Shown here: in pieces, positions 51,001 through 64,000 of the stretch
How positions within the stretch are numbered: position 1 is the stretch's first letter
Layout of the letters: every line of letters begins with the position of its first letter
NCBI GenBank assembly: GCA_030248215.1
Contig: JASANG010003130.1
Location: forward strand, 310,001-374,000
From: Enoplolaimus lenunculus
Taxonomy: Eukaryota
Reading direction: 5' to 3'
Length of the DNA stretch: 64,000 nt
Translations under genes and position numbers: made by a program
Notes under the pieces: generated by a model
Databases searched by the model: none
What the model saw: only the letters and a program-made list of their open reading frames with translations
What the model was told of the DNA's origin: nothing

Positions 51001-54000
51001 AACGTAAACCAAAACAATTGTATTCAAAAAGAAAAATTTTTGAACAAAAAGACGTCAGTTATAAACTCACAGCCTTGTAATGCAGGATTATCGGAACCTT
51101 CCATTTCAATTGACGATATGCCGCCTTGTGATTTGGCGGACAAGTCAGGAATCGCCTTACACAGCGCTATCCTTAGAAATCTCAAAGACTCGTCACGCCC
51201 TAAAACATAGGACTGCGTTTGGAGAGATATATTCTATAAATCTTTTAAAGGATGATTTCTTGTGCGTTACAAGCTAAGTATCTGAAATCCTTTTACAAAA
51301 TCTCACAGGGGTGACCCCTAAACCCAATCTGGTTAAGTCATTTGTCTTGTGTGAACCTGAGATGGGCAACCCATCGCACAAAAGCTGCCGACGACTAAGT
51401 CCAATCTGCTCTCTTGTACTTTCCCCCCATACTAAAGTTAGGCTTACCTATGAACCTGAGGCAGCGATTTGTCTTCAAATTAATCAATTTTACACCCAAC
51501 ATTGTCGGATACAGTACAAAGTGTCCACTTTCATCAAATATTACATTTGTTGATTCTAGTGTGCCCGATTTGTCCAAATCCCGTTCAACAGCAATTCGTC
51601 GATTGAACTCAGTATTGGATAGGCCATGTTTTGCTATAACCACAAAACAGTAGTGTCAAACTCTGTATAAACAAAGAACCAAACAACATCAATCGCGAGT
51701 TGAGAAACAAATACCCCAATATTATAACAACCATAAAACATTGTTCTAATTTGACGCTGGTATAACACCGACACGAAGCTAGGTTGATGACACTAGCCCC
51801 ATCATTTTTTATTTTGCATAAATAGGTTGTAAATAATGAAAAGTATATTATTTAATACAATGCTGTAGCAACACCATCATGAACAATTGTGCGTCGTGTT
51901 GCCTTATAACATTACTCTTCAACTTGTAGCACACACTACACACTTGCCTTTATTGGATATATAATCCGACAAAGTTTCATTCAAAACTTTGATCAATTTT
52001 CCTGTTACAAAGTTGAATATCCGAATTTTTCTATCACTGCTCATCACGGCAAAACGTTTTCCATTGGGCGAAATAGCCAATGCGAATGGTGAAGTTTTGG
52101 TCTGAAATCTACACAGACAAAATGAATAACTACACCGCTGCAGATACCTGTTGTTATCAATTTTAAAACAGCACCATCGAATGTTCGTACCGTTAACTTT
52201 GAACAAAGAACCCTAAATGAGTCCTTTGGTCTAAAAACAAACGGGTAACACATATATGCGGTAACACAGCCACGGTTATCAGAACAAATAAAATACACTG
52301 CATTTAGCCAAAACCAGCTGACCACAGAAGCGCAACTTTGCAACTACAAGAAAACAATTTATTATCTTACTCTGGTGTTTCCAAGAGGTGCAAGGCTACT
52401 GTACCTCATTTTTGTAGAGAAAGAAAGCACCGAGGTTAATTTTGTTCAACTTGAAATGCATCTTTTACCCTTTCGGTTTAAGCTAGTTGTGCATTTCGGC
52501 GTTTACAGCGTTTACAACATGAGAAAAGTCCAGATTTCAACTTTTAAGTTTTTGTATATATCTGCGCTGTCTATATGTACAATAGTTTTGGTAGAGGTCG
52601 CGTACGTAACTCCTGTTACCTTCACAAGCTCAAACAAATCGGTGTCCATTTTTGATGTGAATGCAACAGAGCTGTCTGGAAACACATAATCGTGTTTGCC
52701 ACCGTGCCAGTATTCAATCATTCCCACGGTATCAATTGATACAACAGTTTCGAAAGCGGCATTGAACTGAATTTACAAAAAAATACGCAGTAAAATCAAA
52801 TTTTGAAATAGTGCACCGTATACAAACGCACAGTATTTAATTAGTATCAGATGAACGTACTGAATGTTACAAGCGCGAACCGAATAATCAGTTAGAAAAG
52901 ATAACTCAATAGTCACGGCGAAATTTTACAATATTATAGAACTGCCTCAAGAGTGAAATAACATACCTAATATTGCTAGAAAGTGATATATCGAGCAAAT
53001 TGCGAACATTTTAGTGCTAAACAGCAACACAAAATGTTGGTATTGATCTTTGTCGAGGGGATACCAACAGTAAACTAACTTTAATCAGAACCACTGGTTT
53101 TGAATGTAAGCGATCAACACACTTCAGGACTTCGCTAGTCCCTCTGCCGTTAAATACAAAAATAGAAGGCGTCTGGGTATCAGCAACTGCAATTGTTGCC
53201 ACCGCATCTGATGCGTTATGAATCCATTCACACCGGGATGGTCTGTAATTATAGATTACACGCTATCAATAAATCTGACCCATTTTTTACACTATGCCTT
53301 ACTACTACGCGTAATTCTAAGGCTACGCCTAAGCTTAAACTGAAGAAGAAACTAATACTAACAGGGTGCAACCGGAATTACAATTTACCGGAACCGGAAA
53401 ACGAAACATACCTACTACTTTCTTTTTTGCTATATTATTGGTGAAATAACCCTAGTTGGAGACAGGCGTTCATGTTATTTGCTGTATTTTAAATTTTCAT
53501 AATCAACCGAAGCGAAATCTGGATTCGATGGTTTATTTTCTGCGATTGTCAAGGTTTGCATACTATTACTAGAGAAATCATTAATTTTTATCGTCATTTT
53601 TAGGTAAAGTATGTTGATTTCCACCAACCAAATTTTAATACCGGATTTCTAATTCCGGTGAAAACTTAGCGGAACCGGAAGGTGAAAAAATGCCGGAACC
53701 GGAACAGGAATTCCGGTTGTACGCTGAATCCTAATCCACAATCCAGCCTCCGAGCCTTTAAGCCCCAAGTCTCTGTCCTCCAGTGGGTAAGCCCCTATTA
53801 ACCAATATGGGCCATAACTAAGTCTCAAACGGAATTTTTTTAACAGTAATATCTGTACAGGCAACAAGAAGGCATCAAAATTCAACTTTCCTATATTTAA
53901 ATAAGTTTTACATACGTTTTAAATTACTTTGATAACATTATAAACTTTGTCAGTTACTGTCGAAGTTTGTATTCCGATACAAAATTAAAATTCTGACGCC

Positions 54001-56889
54001 GAAACAGACTGTGACCTATCAGGGAGATAATAAGCTAATATTGGTATTTTGCATTAATTACAAAAATTCCTGCAGCCGTATGTCTAAACTATAAAATTAT
54101 TGTATGTGCAAGATATGATGCTCAACATAGACTGACCAACACTGTAGTTACCAACAGTAAAAGTAATAAACTAACATAAACTGAATTCGTATCATGTTAA
54201 TCATATCGAAATTTGTTATATCAAACACTTTAACAGTTTTGTCATCTGAAATTGTCGCCAACAGTGTTCCATTGCAGTTCACTGATGTGTCATTGATACG
54301 ACCTGGAAAAATATTTATTGGTTTGGATGTGATACGGCTACATGGCGTCCCTGAATCTTGATAATTTTTTCTCTAATTTTCCTACCGGAAGTTCTATTTT
54401 TCTGACTTTCCCAATATAATTTTCCTTTTCCCTGATTTTTTAGAAAACAATGGGCAGAAACCGCGACAATGATCGACATACTTTAATCTGAGATGTTAGC
54501 CAATCTGAAACACAACACTACTAAGAAGGCGACACAATTTTAATTGATAAAAAATACTACTGAAAGCAGCTATGACTAATGATCTGCAGAGGAAAATCAC
54601 ATTTATCGAAAACATGCTTTTAAATAATATTTCTCTTGACAACACACCGAGATGTAATATTCTACACGTTTTAAACCTATGGTCTAAATTCAAATTCCAG
54701 CTTAAGGTTAAACCATGCCGTTCAAGCCTACAAAAATACTATAAACGCTGACAAACACAAATACACCATAATAAAAACGCATTGCACAGCTTCATTAGTA
54801 GTAACAAACATACCTAAATGAGCGCGAAACTGTTTGACAAACTCGATACCTTCGCCAAACAATTTCTTCCAAAATTTAACATGACCATCAGAGCTGGCGG
54901 TAATAATAAAGTCGGTTCTAAAACAGAATTTTAACATTCTCTCTGATAAAAAACGAAATCAACAAAACGTCTTATTCGCAACAATATATATGTATATATA
55001 TTATATATTATATATGTATATATATATTATATATTATATATATAAAATTTAACCACTATGCTTGGATATATAACAACAAACAGACTTCAGAATTTATTCA
55101 CAAATGACAGTCATATGATCTTCAACACAAAAATTTTTGTCAGACAATACATAACGCTTTTTAACTTTCAATACATAATGCTTTCCCACTTCCACAAAAA
55201 TATCATTCATTTTTAATCATTGTATTGTATGCACAGCGGATTATACTATGCCAATATAATTACGAGGCAGCTCTTTATAAATAAATGAGCAGATACGTTT
55301 GTATATCTATACAATTGTTAAGCAAACGTATTACTACGTACTTCAATTTTCAATATAAAAAGTGATGTCTGAGCTCAATGACGGATAACGTATATATAGT
55401 AAACACTCAGGTTGCAACCGGAATTACAATTCATCGGAACCGGAATTTGAAAAATTACCGGAAACGGAACCGGAAAATGAAAAATACATGCCACCAAAAA
55501 ATTCATTCTAATTCTCTTTTTAGCAGTATTGGTGAAATAGCCCTTAGTTCCTTAGTTGGAGATAGGTATTCACTTTATCAGCTGTATTTTAGATTTTAAT
55601 AATCCACGGAACCGCAATCTACCTTCGATGGTTTATTTTCGGCCATTGTCATGGTTTATATACTATACGAATGAAATTACTTAAGTTTTATCGTCATTTT
55701 TAGTGAAATATCTTCATTTTCAGCGAACAAACCTTGATTAAAAATTTACCGGATCCGGAGCCGGAGTCAAAAATTAGCGGAACCGGGATTCCGGCTGCAC
55801 CCTGGTATACACACATAGTTCTGTAGCAAAATCTGTGTTAAAGTATTAAAACCAGCTTAACGCCTAGTTACGTACCACTATGTAGGTATGAGTATAAAGC
55901 AAACTAAAACGTACGTACACAGTAGCATCAACATGCGTTATATGATCACGATGCATAAAAGACTTTTCGTATGCAGCACCTTTAGGAATATTGCGCAGAT
56001 ATGTTTCTTCAAATTCCAAGACTGAAACTCAGTGTAAAAGCAATGATTAGAGAAACATGTGTAAATCTACGTGCAGCTGTAAAAATACGCGTACGAGCCC
56101 TTACCAGTTGAACAATAAGGAAAAGTATATACCACGAAAAAGATTGGCCGAAACAAAAAGTTTTTTTACAATTACATTTCTGTACTTCAATCAGCGGTAA
56201 AACAATGCATATTAACAAGTTGGCAAATGGCGTTAAAAACGGACTTATATATAGTGCTACGGAAAAAACTAGCGAAAAACATTAAACATTTATGTATAAG
56301 TTTGTAGTAAAAATAGCTATAGTGCTCATCTTAATGGCAAACAAATGACTAGATTATCACTATTCCGCATCACCTCTAAGCATTATAATAAATTACGTAA
56401 TACAAACGCTTACGTAAGTAACAGGCTTCATACAGCAGAAGCTAGTTTAGCGAAATATTAGGTGATATTTGATGTAAAAACTTGATGCAAAAACCAATTG
56501 TTAAATAGTAAATCTTTTTCTTCAATCTAGCGCGAGATATGCAAATGACAATTATCTAAAAAATGGAGATTGCAGCAGAAATTAAGTTTTCGTTAACAAT
56601 CCAGACACATGATTTTAAAAATTGGTTGCGGTGCTGGACCTGCTTTTACTTTATTATCTCAGTAAAGATTAGGCTGGCGGGATGTTAGTATGCGTTTAAT
56701 ACAAACACAATATATTATATTGTATATCAAACATAAACCTTTTCGTTTCTTCTTCAACTGCGAATGGTCCTCAGTAGCTGCTTCAGACACACTTGGTCCA
56801 ATTAGTAATTCGTCTCCGCTGTCCAACTTGTCGCCAGCTTCATTGTGATCACTTTCCAGTTCGTTAGATTCCGTATTCTGACGCTTCAT
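48035..56889 (-). CDS. PPWD1: Peptidylprolyl isomerase domain and WD repeat-containing protein 1 (spliceosomal cyclophilin; C. elegans cyn-15 type), about 637 aa, 14 exons
   Basis: Exons 56889-56739, 56021-55919, 54917-54814, 54302-54176, 53242-53080, 52766-52620, 52101-51948, 51633-51448, 51199-51071, 50642-50555, 50437-50371, 50097-49899, 49604-49453 and 48178-48035 (1914 nt, in phase). Motifs: [138 protein letters not shown]. Confidence 0.96.
48618..49345 (+). mobile_element. Decayed hAT derivative in the last PPWD1 intron
   Basis: Starts cagggatg, has (ggtctc)n subterminal repeats at both ends, and encodes [17 protein letters not shown], resembling the start of the hAT dimerisation domain. 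Confidence 0.65.
53362..53725. mobile_element. hAT-like MITE with accgga subterminal repeats (PPWD1 intron)
   Basis: cagggtgcaaccggaatt ... aattccggttgtacgctg. Near-collinear copy at 55408-55804; related elements at 58898-59252 and 31430-31774. Confidence 0.7.
54984..55043. repeat. (TA)-rich microsatellite
   Basis: Directly visible in PPWD1 intron 2. Confidence 0.85.
55408..55804. mobile_element. hAT-like MITE, same family as 53362-53725
   Basis: caggttgcaaccggaatt ... attccggctgcaccctg. Confidence 0.7.
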
Positions 56890-57353
56890 AATTATATAAA
56901 TGCGATTGCCACTCACTTACAAACTTCATTCAACTTAAATTGCAATGTGAAGACATACAATGAAACATAAGCTCGTTTAAGTGCATCCAAGATAAAATAC
57001 ATAAATTTCGGGTGAATTCTCACGAAAATCAGTTAGCGGGTCATAACTTCTGAGTATTTTCAATGCAAATATGCCTTGTAAACCTGGAATCTTAGCTCAG
57101 CGTTTTCGTTATTGCTTAGCATGTATCTTAGCTATTACCTTTTCGTGTTCTTCGTGAATGCATATGAAATATGCATGCCCCAGTGCACATGCTCTTAGCA
57201 AACAAAGTCCAAGTTATTGATCGTTCCTACCTGTAAGCATGTGAGATTTGCTTTCTGGATGCATATACATGTGAGTATACGCGGTGTAGCTTGATGTGTA
57301 GAGTGTGTAAAGTTGTTCGTGCACATATACCTACCAGAGGAAACTATGATATT

Positions 57354-57426
57354 GGCCGCGTGGTGTAATGGATAGCGCGCTTGAATCTCGAGCGAGAGGT
57401 CCTAGGTGTGATTGCCGGCGTGGCCA
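57354..57426 (+). pseudogene. Degenerate tRNA or tRNA-derived element
   Basis: GGCCGCG...CGTGGCC-A acceptor stem, A-box TGGTGTAATGG, D stem, anticodon arm CTTGA-ATCTCGA-GCGAG and AGGTC variable loop. The T-loop is GGTGTGATTG rather than GGTTCGA, so the identity is uncertain. Confidence 0.6.
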
Positions 57427-59646
57427 TATCTTTCGGAGAAACTAAGGGAAAAACCAATTATATTCGCAGTACTTAGGGGATAGAGGTCGTCCCAGAGCAA
57501 TAGATAACCTGCAGCTCAGCATCAACATAGACGAATTTTAGTCAACAGGCATTATCGTGCTGATAAACACTTCTGTCGTAGCGGATATTACATAGCCATC
57601 AACCGTGTGTTTAATTAAATAAGAAACAAAAATTCCAATGAACGGAATTATAACTTGTTCCACTAGCAATGTAAATTCATTGAAAACGATATCTATAAAT
57701 TGGTCAGTTTGTTGGAATTACGTGCAATACAATTTAATTGCCAGTTGCCGACTATTAATAATGACTTGAAGTATACTATAAAGTATAAACTTTTGGCACA
57801 ACATAATGACTGCGAAGAAATGGTTGCCAAAAACTAATCCGGTTGCCACCCATTGCAACAAACTGATATTTCATGTTCTATATCAACTGTATGGTTGCCG
57901 TGCTGCAACTATCGCCTTCACACGAACCGAGCAGCAAAAAACCAGGTACGAAATACGGGAACAATTATATCGGATATACGGGAACAATTATATCGGTTTG
58001 TTTTCTGGATCTGTATAGTTCTTTTGTTCGGTTCGGTATTTAGACATTCCAGTCACCAGATGAACTTTAAATTTTTGTCTTAGTGTTTACCTCTTAATTT
58101 CAGTGATTTTTCAGTTTTTATGCAAAACACTAAAACATAGGTCATCCCATTCAATACTGATTCGGCTTTTAGTAGTCTGAAAACAATTAGTTTCTATAAA
58201 AACTACTCCCTTTACGTATATTATAACCGCGGCAAGAATCCGTTATGTTGACTCAGTCGTCAATTCTAAATTTTTCATCATATCGGGTGAGCAGTCAAAG
58301 GTCAAGAGCCTTAAAAAAGGCATAGGCAATGTTTTATGGGTCATCCAAGTTAAATAAATGCACTCACATTTGTAAAAAAATGTCCCTGCCTTTTGGGTGT
58401 CCGCGTTGTCCCGACCCACTCTCTTTATACACTGTCTGAGATGCCTATTTGTCATTGTCTGAAACTTTAGACAATGATTATGCTCTAGGCATAAATATTT
58501 AATTGTCCTGACATCATTAACGGGAACTGTTATTGTCCATAGTCCCTCGGAAGGGACTCAATTTTTTGCGTTGAATGGTGCGTGCGTGAATGTGTGTACA
58601 GCGCAATTTAAAATCTGTGCGCGTGTACTAACGTAATGTTCTGACATCCTACAGACAACATGTATTTATCCAGAGTCCCTTCCGACAGAGTCTAAACAAA
58701 TAGCACTATCTTAAGTACAGCTATGAAACTGTACCTTGCCTCCAGCTGAGATTTGTATTTTAATGCTGATCCTAATGGGGTGGGCGGAACATTTATTACA
58801 TCAGCGCGTGCATTTTAACGTGGATGACCCATTACTTTTGGAAAAATTGTTTCACACCAAAAACTGGATTTAAAACAGGAATGCAAAACATTCTTATCAG
58901 GGTAATAGCGGAGGTGAAAAATACCGGAGCCGGAGCCGGAGGTCAACGAAACTTGGCGGAGCCGGAGGTTAGGCGATATTAAATACTAAAATGATGGTTA
59001 ATTAATTAATTTTAGTCAATATCTGCAATATCTTGTTAAGTTGTTTGATTTTACGCTAATTTTCTGCAGCATTTCGGAAATTTTTTCTAGAAAATTGTTA
59101 CAAAAGCAAAATGAGACGCGCTAAAAAGATAATTTTGCAAAATTAAGCAAAAATTTTACTACTGAAATTGCCGGAACCTCGGGCAAAAATTCTACCGGAA
59201 CCGGATGCCGAATTTCTGCCGGAAACGGATCCAGACCTCCGGTTGTACCCTGATTCTTACTTGCGTTATGTTTTACAAGTGAAAAAATTCCCCCATACTT
59301 GCGTAGAGGTGGGAGAACTACAAAAGTGTCCATATATCCACGTTAATAGCAACTTTGGAGAAAGACCCCTTTTACAGGTTAGCAATTGCAAAAATGTTTA
59401 GGGTTACCGAACCGAAAACTGAAAAATGTCGAATTTCGCATCGAAACCTAAATTGAAGAATACCAGAATTTTTCAACAGGTAAACGTGATCTGCGAAATT
59501 CGATCACGCAAAGCCAAACACATATCACATTTCTAACGGTACAGGTGGCAAAGCACAGGTTTCTAGGTAATCAGGAGTCAACACTTGCAGATCTGAAAAG
59601 ACACTGGAAGCGAAGACAGAATGAAGCCCAACGCTATTTTGTAATA

Positions 59647-60053
59647 CTGTAGTGACCCTAATGAGTAGGGGTAATAAAATGGGTCGCCATTTTGAGTCTC
59701 TACAATCAATAGATGTCCGTATCCCAAGTTAGAATCCGTAAGCGTATAGTCACAATCTCAGTCCATAAATGTCAATTATCCCTAACTGCAGTGCATAAAT
59801 GAACGACTGCAAAAGACCAAAAGTTGAGTTCGAAACTGTAAAGGATCCTTAAAGTTGTGAAAGTACATTCATTCCAGAGCATTACCTTGCATTATCGCTC
59901 AAGCTTTTGCGTATAGTTGCAATACCGGATCTATATCAGTAAAGGAATGTCGGCGGACGGCGGATAAAAAATAAATAACTGTCCGTGACGGAACAACAGT
60001 GGTACAATCTTGCGAGGCCAAATAAATATCAGTCACCCCTTGGGTCAGTACAG
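59647..60053. mobile_element. MITE of the ctgtagtgacccgaataag family
   Basis: TA|ctgtagtgaccc ... gggtcagtacag|TA; body similar to 62376-62816. Confidence 0.7.
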
Positions 60054-60786
60054 TACCTACGCTCCTCTACGCCAGGTTTCTTTTTTTGTGGGAAAACGAC
60101 ACAGAACTTTAAGCTAGTTTTTAAGACCGGAAAACAAAACATTCGTGTGTTCTAGTGAAAACATTTCTCCCACTTTTGCGTAGTGGTGTGGACACTAAAT
60201 TTGAGATACTACCAGTGTGTAACAGGCTATCTGTTTCCGTTTCCGGTCAAAATCTGTTATTTTTACGTCCAAAATTAGTTCTAAATCATGTGTCAAAAAT
60301 TTCGATAAATCCGCTATATTTTCTTTAAAGTTTGAGAAACTCCGGTGTAAATTTGCACGTCTCTGCTGCGTTGGCACAATAATAAGACGTCTTTGAAATT
60401 TTTATACCTCAGCGTCCGTTTCCCGTTTCTGTTATTTTGATCACTATCCGTTCCGTTTCCGTTAGTTTTACTATCTATTTACATCCTGGTTATAAGTTTT
60501 AGTAATTTGGTGTAAAATGCTTTTGGTTAATACTAAAATGTGATTAAAAATTCTTCAGCTTTGTGAGCTGCCCCAGTTATAACGTGAACCCCGTTTAAAG
60601 TTAAAAAATCAAGTAAACTACAGTCGAATTTGACTCTGGCGAAGTCGAATTTTGACTCAATTTGTGTAGTCCTGAAATGCCTATTTTAGAGAGAGTCAAT
60701 TTGACTCACCATTTTTTGCAGTGTAGGACCATTACCTAACAGACAAAATATTACCCAACAATAGAAACAGACAGTGTTCCTTCCTA

Positions 60787-61227
60787 CGGTATTGACCCGA
60801 ATAAGAAGGGGGACTGATATTTATTTGGCCTCTCCAAAGGGTACCCCCTTCTTATTCGGTTAGGGACTGTTATTTATTTTTAACCCACGCTCCGCCGCCC
60901 TTCGTTACTGATATATATCCGGTACTGCAACTATCCGTTAAATTAAACGTATATTTGTCTCGTTTCAATAGGTTGAGCGATAATAAAAGGTTGCACTAAG
61001 AATGTACTTTCAAAATTTAAGAAGGCTTTAAAGTTTCGAACTCAAACTATTTGGTCCTGGAGTCATTTATGTGCTACAATTAGGGTTAATTGACATTTAT
61101 GGACTCTAATTAGGGTTTAGGGACTCTATCCGGTTACGGTCTCTTATTAGGGATACGGACTCCTATTGATTCGGACTCAAAATGGGGACCCCCACTCTTA
61201 TTACCCCCTCTTATTCGGGTCAATACA
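60787..61227. mobile_element. MITE of the ctgtagtgacccgaataag family
   Basis: TIRs gtattgacccgaataagaagggg ... cccctcttattcgggtcaatac. Confidence 0.8.
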
Positions 61228-62375
61228 TAATAGCTGCCCCTGGAACTCAATGTTTGCTCTAATTTTTACACAAAACCTTTATAATAAAGCTTTCGTACAA
61301 AAAATATCTTTTATGAACAATTTTGAGCGAGTACTTGTGTACAGTTTCCGATATTTCGCTTTTATAAAAGACTGTGGTAGAGAAAATATGTCGCAATTTT
61401 AATACGTGTATAACTCGACGTTGGTTAAAATGTTTCGTTTTGTTTGTTATATATGAGTTTTTTACGCCTTTTCCACAACTGGTACATTTCTTCCATACTC
61501 CAGGGTCAAACGTGCGACTTTATTAATAGTGAGTCGAATTTGACTCTGGTGGAGTAGAATTTGACTCATTTTGTGTAGTACTGTAGAGCCTATTTCGGAG
61601 AGTCAATTTGACTCACCTTTTTTTGCAGCGCAGCTGTATTTTTTACAAAATGTCTACACAAAAAGAAACCATATTTTCATTCTAAGACGGTATATCAAAT
61701 TGGTTTGTTGTAGTATTAGACGCTGAAACAAAACGCAAAATAAAATTTTGCAAATCGCAGCAGAGTACAACCGGAAATATATACCTCCGACTCCGGCTGA
61801 AAATGGTCCCCCGCCCCGGCACTAGCAGAATTTTTGTACCGGAAGTTGTGGCAATTTCGATAGTGAATGACCCTTGTAACAGGGTCTGATCGTTTTCCGG
61901 CGGGCGGTAATAGTCAGTTTAAAGCTTTAGAATAACTTTTTTGCTTAGGCTTAGGCTTAGGCACAGGAATAGGCTTATACTACTGTTCCGGCCCTGTTTT
62001 ATAAATTGGCCGTGAAGTTTTGCGTAGTTTAACAAAATTTATCTGTATCGCGCATTTCTCCTAATCGTTTGGCCCTATTTTGAAGGAAGAATTGCCGAAA
62101 TTTTATAAATAATATGCGTAAAAATATAAAATAACACGTTACAGATTTTCCTGAAATTAACAATCATTTTAACTACCTAATTTCGCGTCAACTCCGGCTC
62201 CGTAAAGTTTTGTTGACCTATCACTCCAGCTCCTTTATTTTTCACCTTCGGAGACATGACTTTAAGTCGACCACTGACTTTAGTCAATTGTGGTCCTATT
62301 GGACTTAACCGGATTGAAATTTTGATAAATTGGCAGCCCCGGGAGGTGAGAATTGTCTCGTTTAAAGTTATACTA

Positions 62376-62816
62376 CAACGTATTGACCCGAATAAGAGGG
62401 GATAATAAGAGGGCGCCCCATTTTGAGTCCGAATCAATAAGAGTCCGTATCCCTCAAGAGTCCGTAACCGGATAGAGTCCCTAAACCCTAATTAGAGTCC
62501 ATAAATGTGAATTAACCCTTATTATAGCCCATAAATGACTCCAGGACAAAATAATTTGAGTTCAAAACTTTAAAACGTACTTAGATTTTGAAAGTACATT
62601 CCTAAGTATATCCTTGGATTATCGCTCAAGCTATTGACACAACACAAATAAATGTTTAATTCTACGGATAATTGCAGTACCGGGCATGTATAAGTAACGA
62701 ATGCGGCGGATCGTGGGTTAAAAATAAATAACAGTCCGTAACCGAATAACAAGGGGGGTATCTTCTGGAAAGGCCAAATAAATATCAGTCCGCCCCTCTT
62801 ATTCGGGTCACTACAG
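62376..62816. mobile_element. MITE of the same family, opposite orientation to 60787-61227
   Basis: TIRs gtattgacccgaataagagggg ... cccctcttattcgggtcactacag; the body is the reverse complement of 60787-61227. Confidence 0.8.
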
Positions 62817-62996
62817 TAGAAGCTCAAAATTAAAACCGACGATACAGCGACTAATGAAAACCTCCAGCTTAAAGTCAAAACTACAATACATGCAGTAAAA
62901 TCTTGACTTAGATTTAATTACAAAGGTCAGAGTAAGCGTGTAACCGAATTTTTGTGTTTGGTAATTGCAGGTATCCGTTATATTTAATGCTAAATA

Positions 62997-63365
62997 CTGT
63001 AGTGACCCGAATAAGAGGGGGGACTGATATTTATTATGGCATATTCAGAGGGTATTCCCCTGTTTTTCGGTAACGAACTGTTCTTTAATTTTAATCCGCC
63101 CTCCGGCGAAATTCGTAACTGATATATATTTGGCATTGCAATTAAAGGTTTGTCTTGTGTTAATAGCTTGAGCGATAAATGCAAGGTTATACTTATTACT
63201 TAGGAATGTATATTCAAAACTTAAGTGTTAACTTTAACGTTTTGAACTCAACTTTATTATGGACTCTAATCAGGGTTTATGGACTCTATCCGCTTACGGA
63301 GTCTTATTAGGGATGCGGACTCCTATTGATTTGGACTCAAAATGGGGACTCCACCTCTTGTTACC
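62997..63365. mobile_element. MITE of the same family, right end degraded
   Basis: TA|ctgtagtgacccgaataagagggggg; body collinear with 60787-61227. Further decayed copies at about 21278-21447 and 26695-27315. Confidence 0.7.
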
Positions 63366-64000
63366 ATTTTATAACAGTTTATTGCAAGGTTGGTTTTTAT
63401 TCGGAAAAATTTAATCGACCGGAAAAGACGGTTTCTTCCGTTTGTTTTACAAAAACGGAACAAAGGGAAAATCGAAAACCATGTGCTGTTTTCAAATATG
63501 CAAGAACGTTAATGGATGGCTTGCATGTGGAAAAAATGACATTGGCAGAATAAAATAACTATTTATTATGTATCAACATTTACTGTTTCAAAAAGGCCAG
63601 CTATATCGTAATTGCGAAACTGAGTGCGGACATTCTTTAAATAATAAATGTCCACATAGAGATTATTTTTATTGCATTGACGAACATTGTTTATACAGTT
63701 ACGCATTATGTTAATATTAAATTTAGAGTTGCGTGAACTCTCGGACTTTTTTGTTACAGTCTAACAGTTGTCGCCGGAAAGCGCTAAATAAGATAATTAT
63801 ATAACTTACCTTGTTATTTTGTTATTTTTGCACGTTATTTTTAGGACACGTACGAAAAATGGCAAAATATTTCGGCAGTATGTTTTTCACGCGCCAGAAT
63901 TTAGGTAAAAAATTTAATTTTTCCGCAAAAATTTCAATTTTTGCCCCAACATGGAAATTTTTCCGCCAAAAGTTCAATTACCTCTCAAAACTTAAATTTT

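Overview
This is eukaryotic, AT-rich, repeat-dense genomic DNA, probably from a nematode. That call rests on interstitial TTAGGC repeats, TTTCAG/TTTTAG acceptors, a nematode-type globin and a divergent nAChR-like channel; the species cannot be determined. Four spliced genes can be assembled by hand with phase-consistent junctions. They are (1) a PLD3/PLD4-like phospholipase D family nuclease (+, 3585-14468, 9 exons); (2) a pentameric ligand-gated ion channel subunit (+, about 23445-30851, 7 exons, first exon tentative) lacking both cysteines of the Cys-loop; (3) a probably N-myristoylated globin with a large CD-region insertion (-, 34966-41132, 3 exons); and (4) PPWD1/cyn-15, a WD40-cyclophilin (-, 48035-56889, 14 exons, one GC-AG intron). 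The rest is MITEs and decayed DNA transposons (pogo DDE_1, hAT, piggyBac-like, Harbinger-like), a 3-kb intronic 70-bp satellite, a 25-bp CpG-rich satellite expanded inside a MITE, a degenerate tRNA and a long poly(A) tract. The most interesting item is the Cys-less pLGIC, with a rebuilt ligand pocket and a non-canonical pore. No database searches were run; family calls come from motifs recognised by eye.
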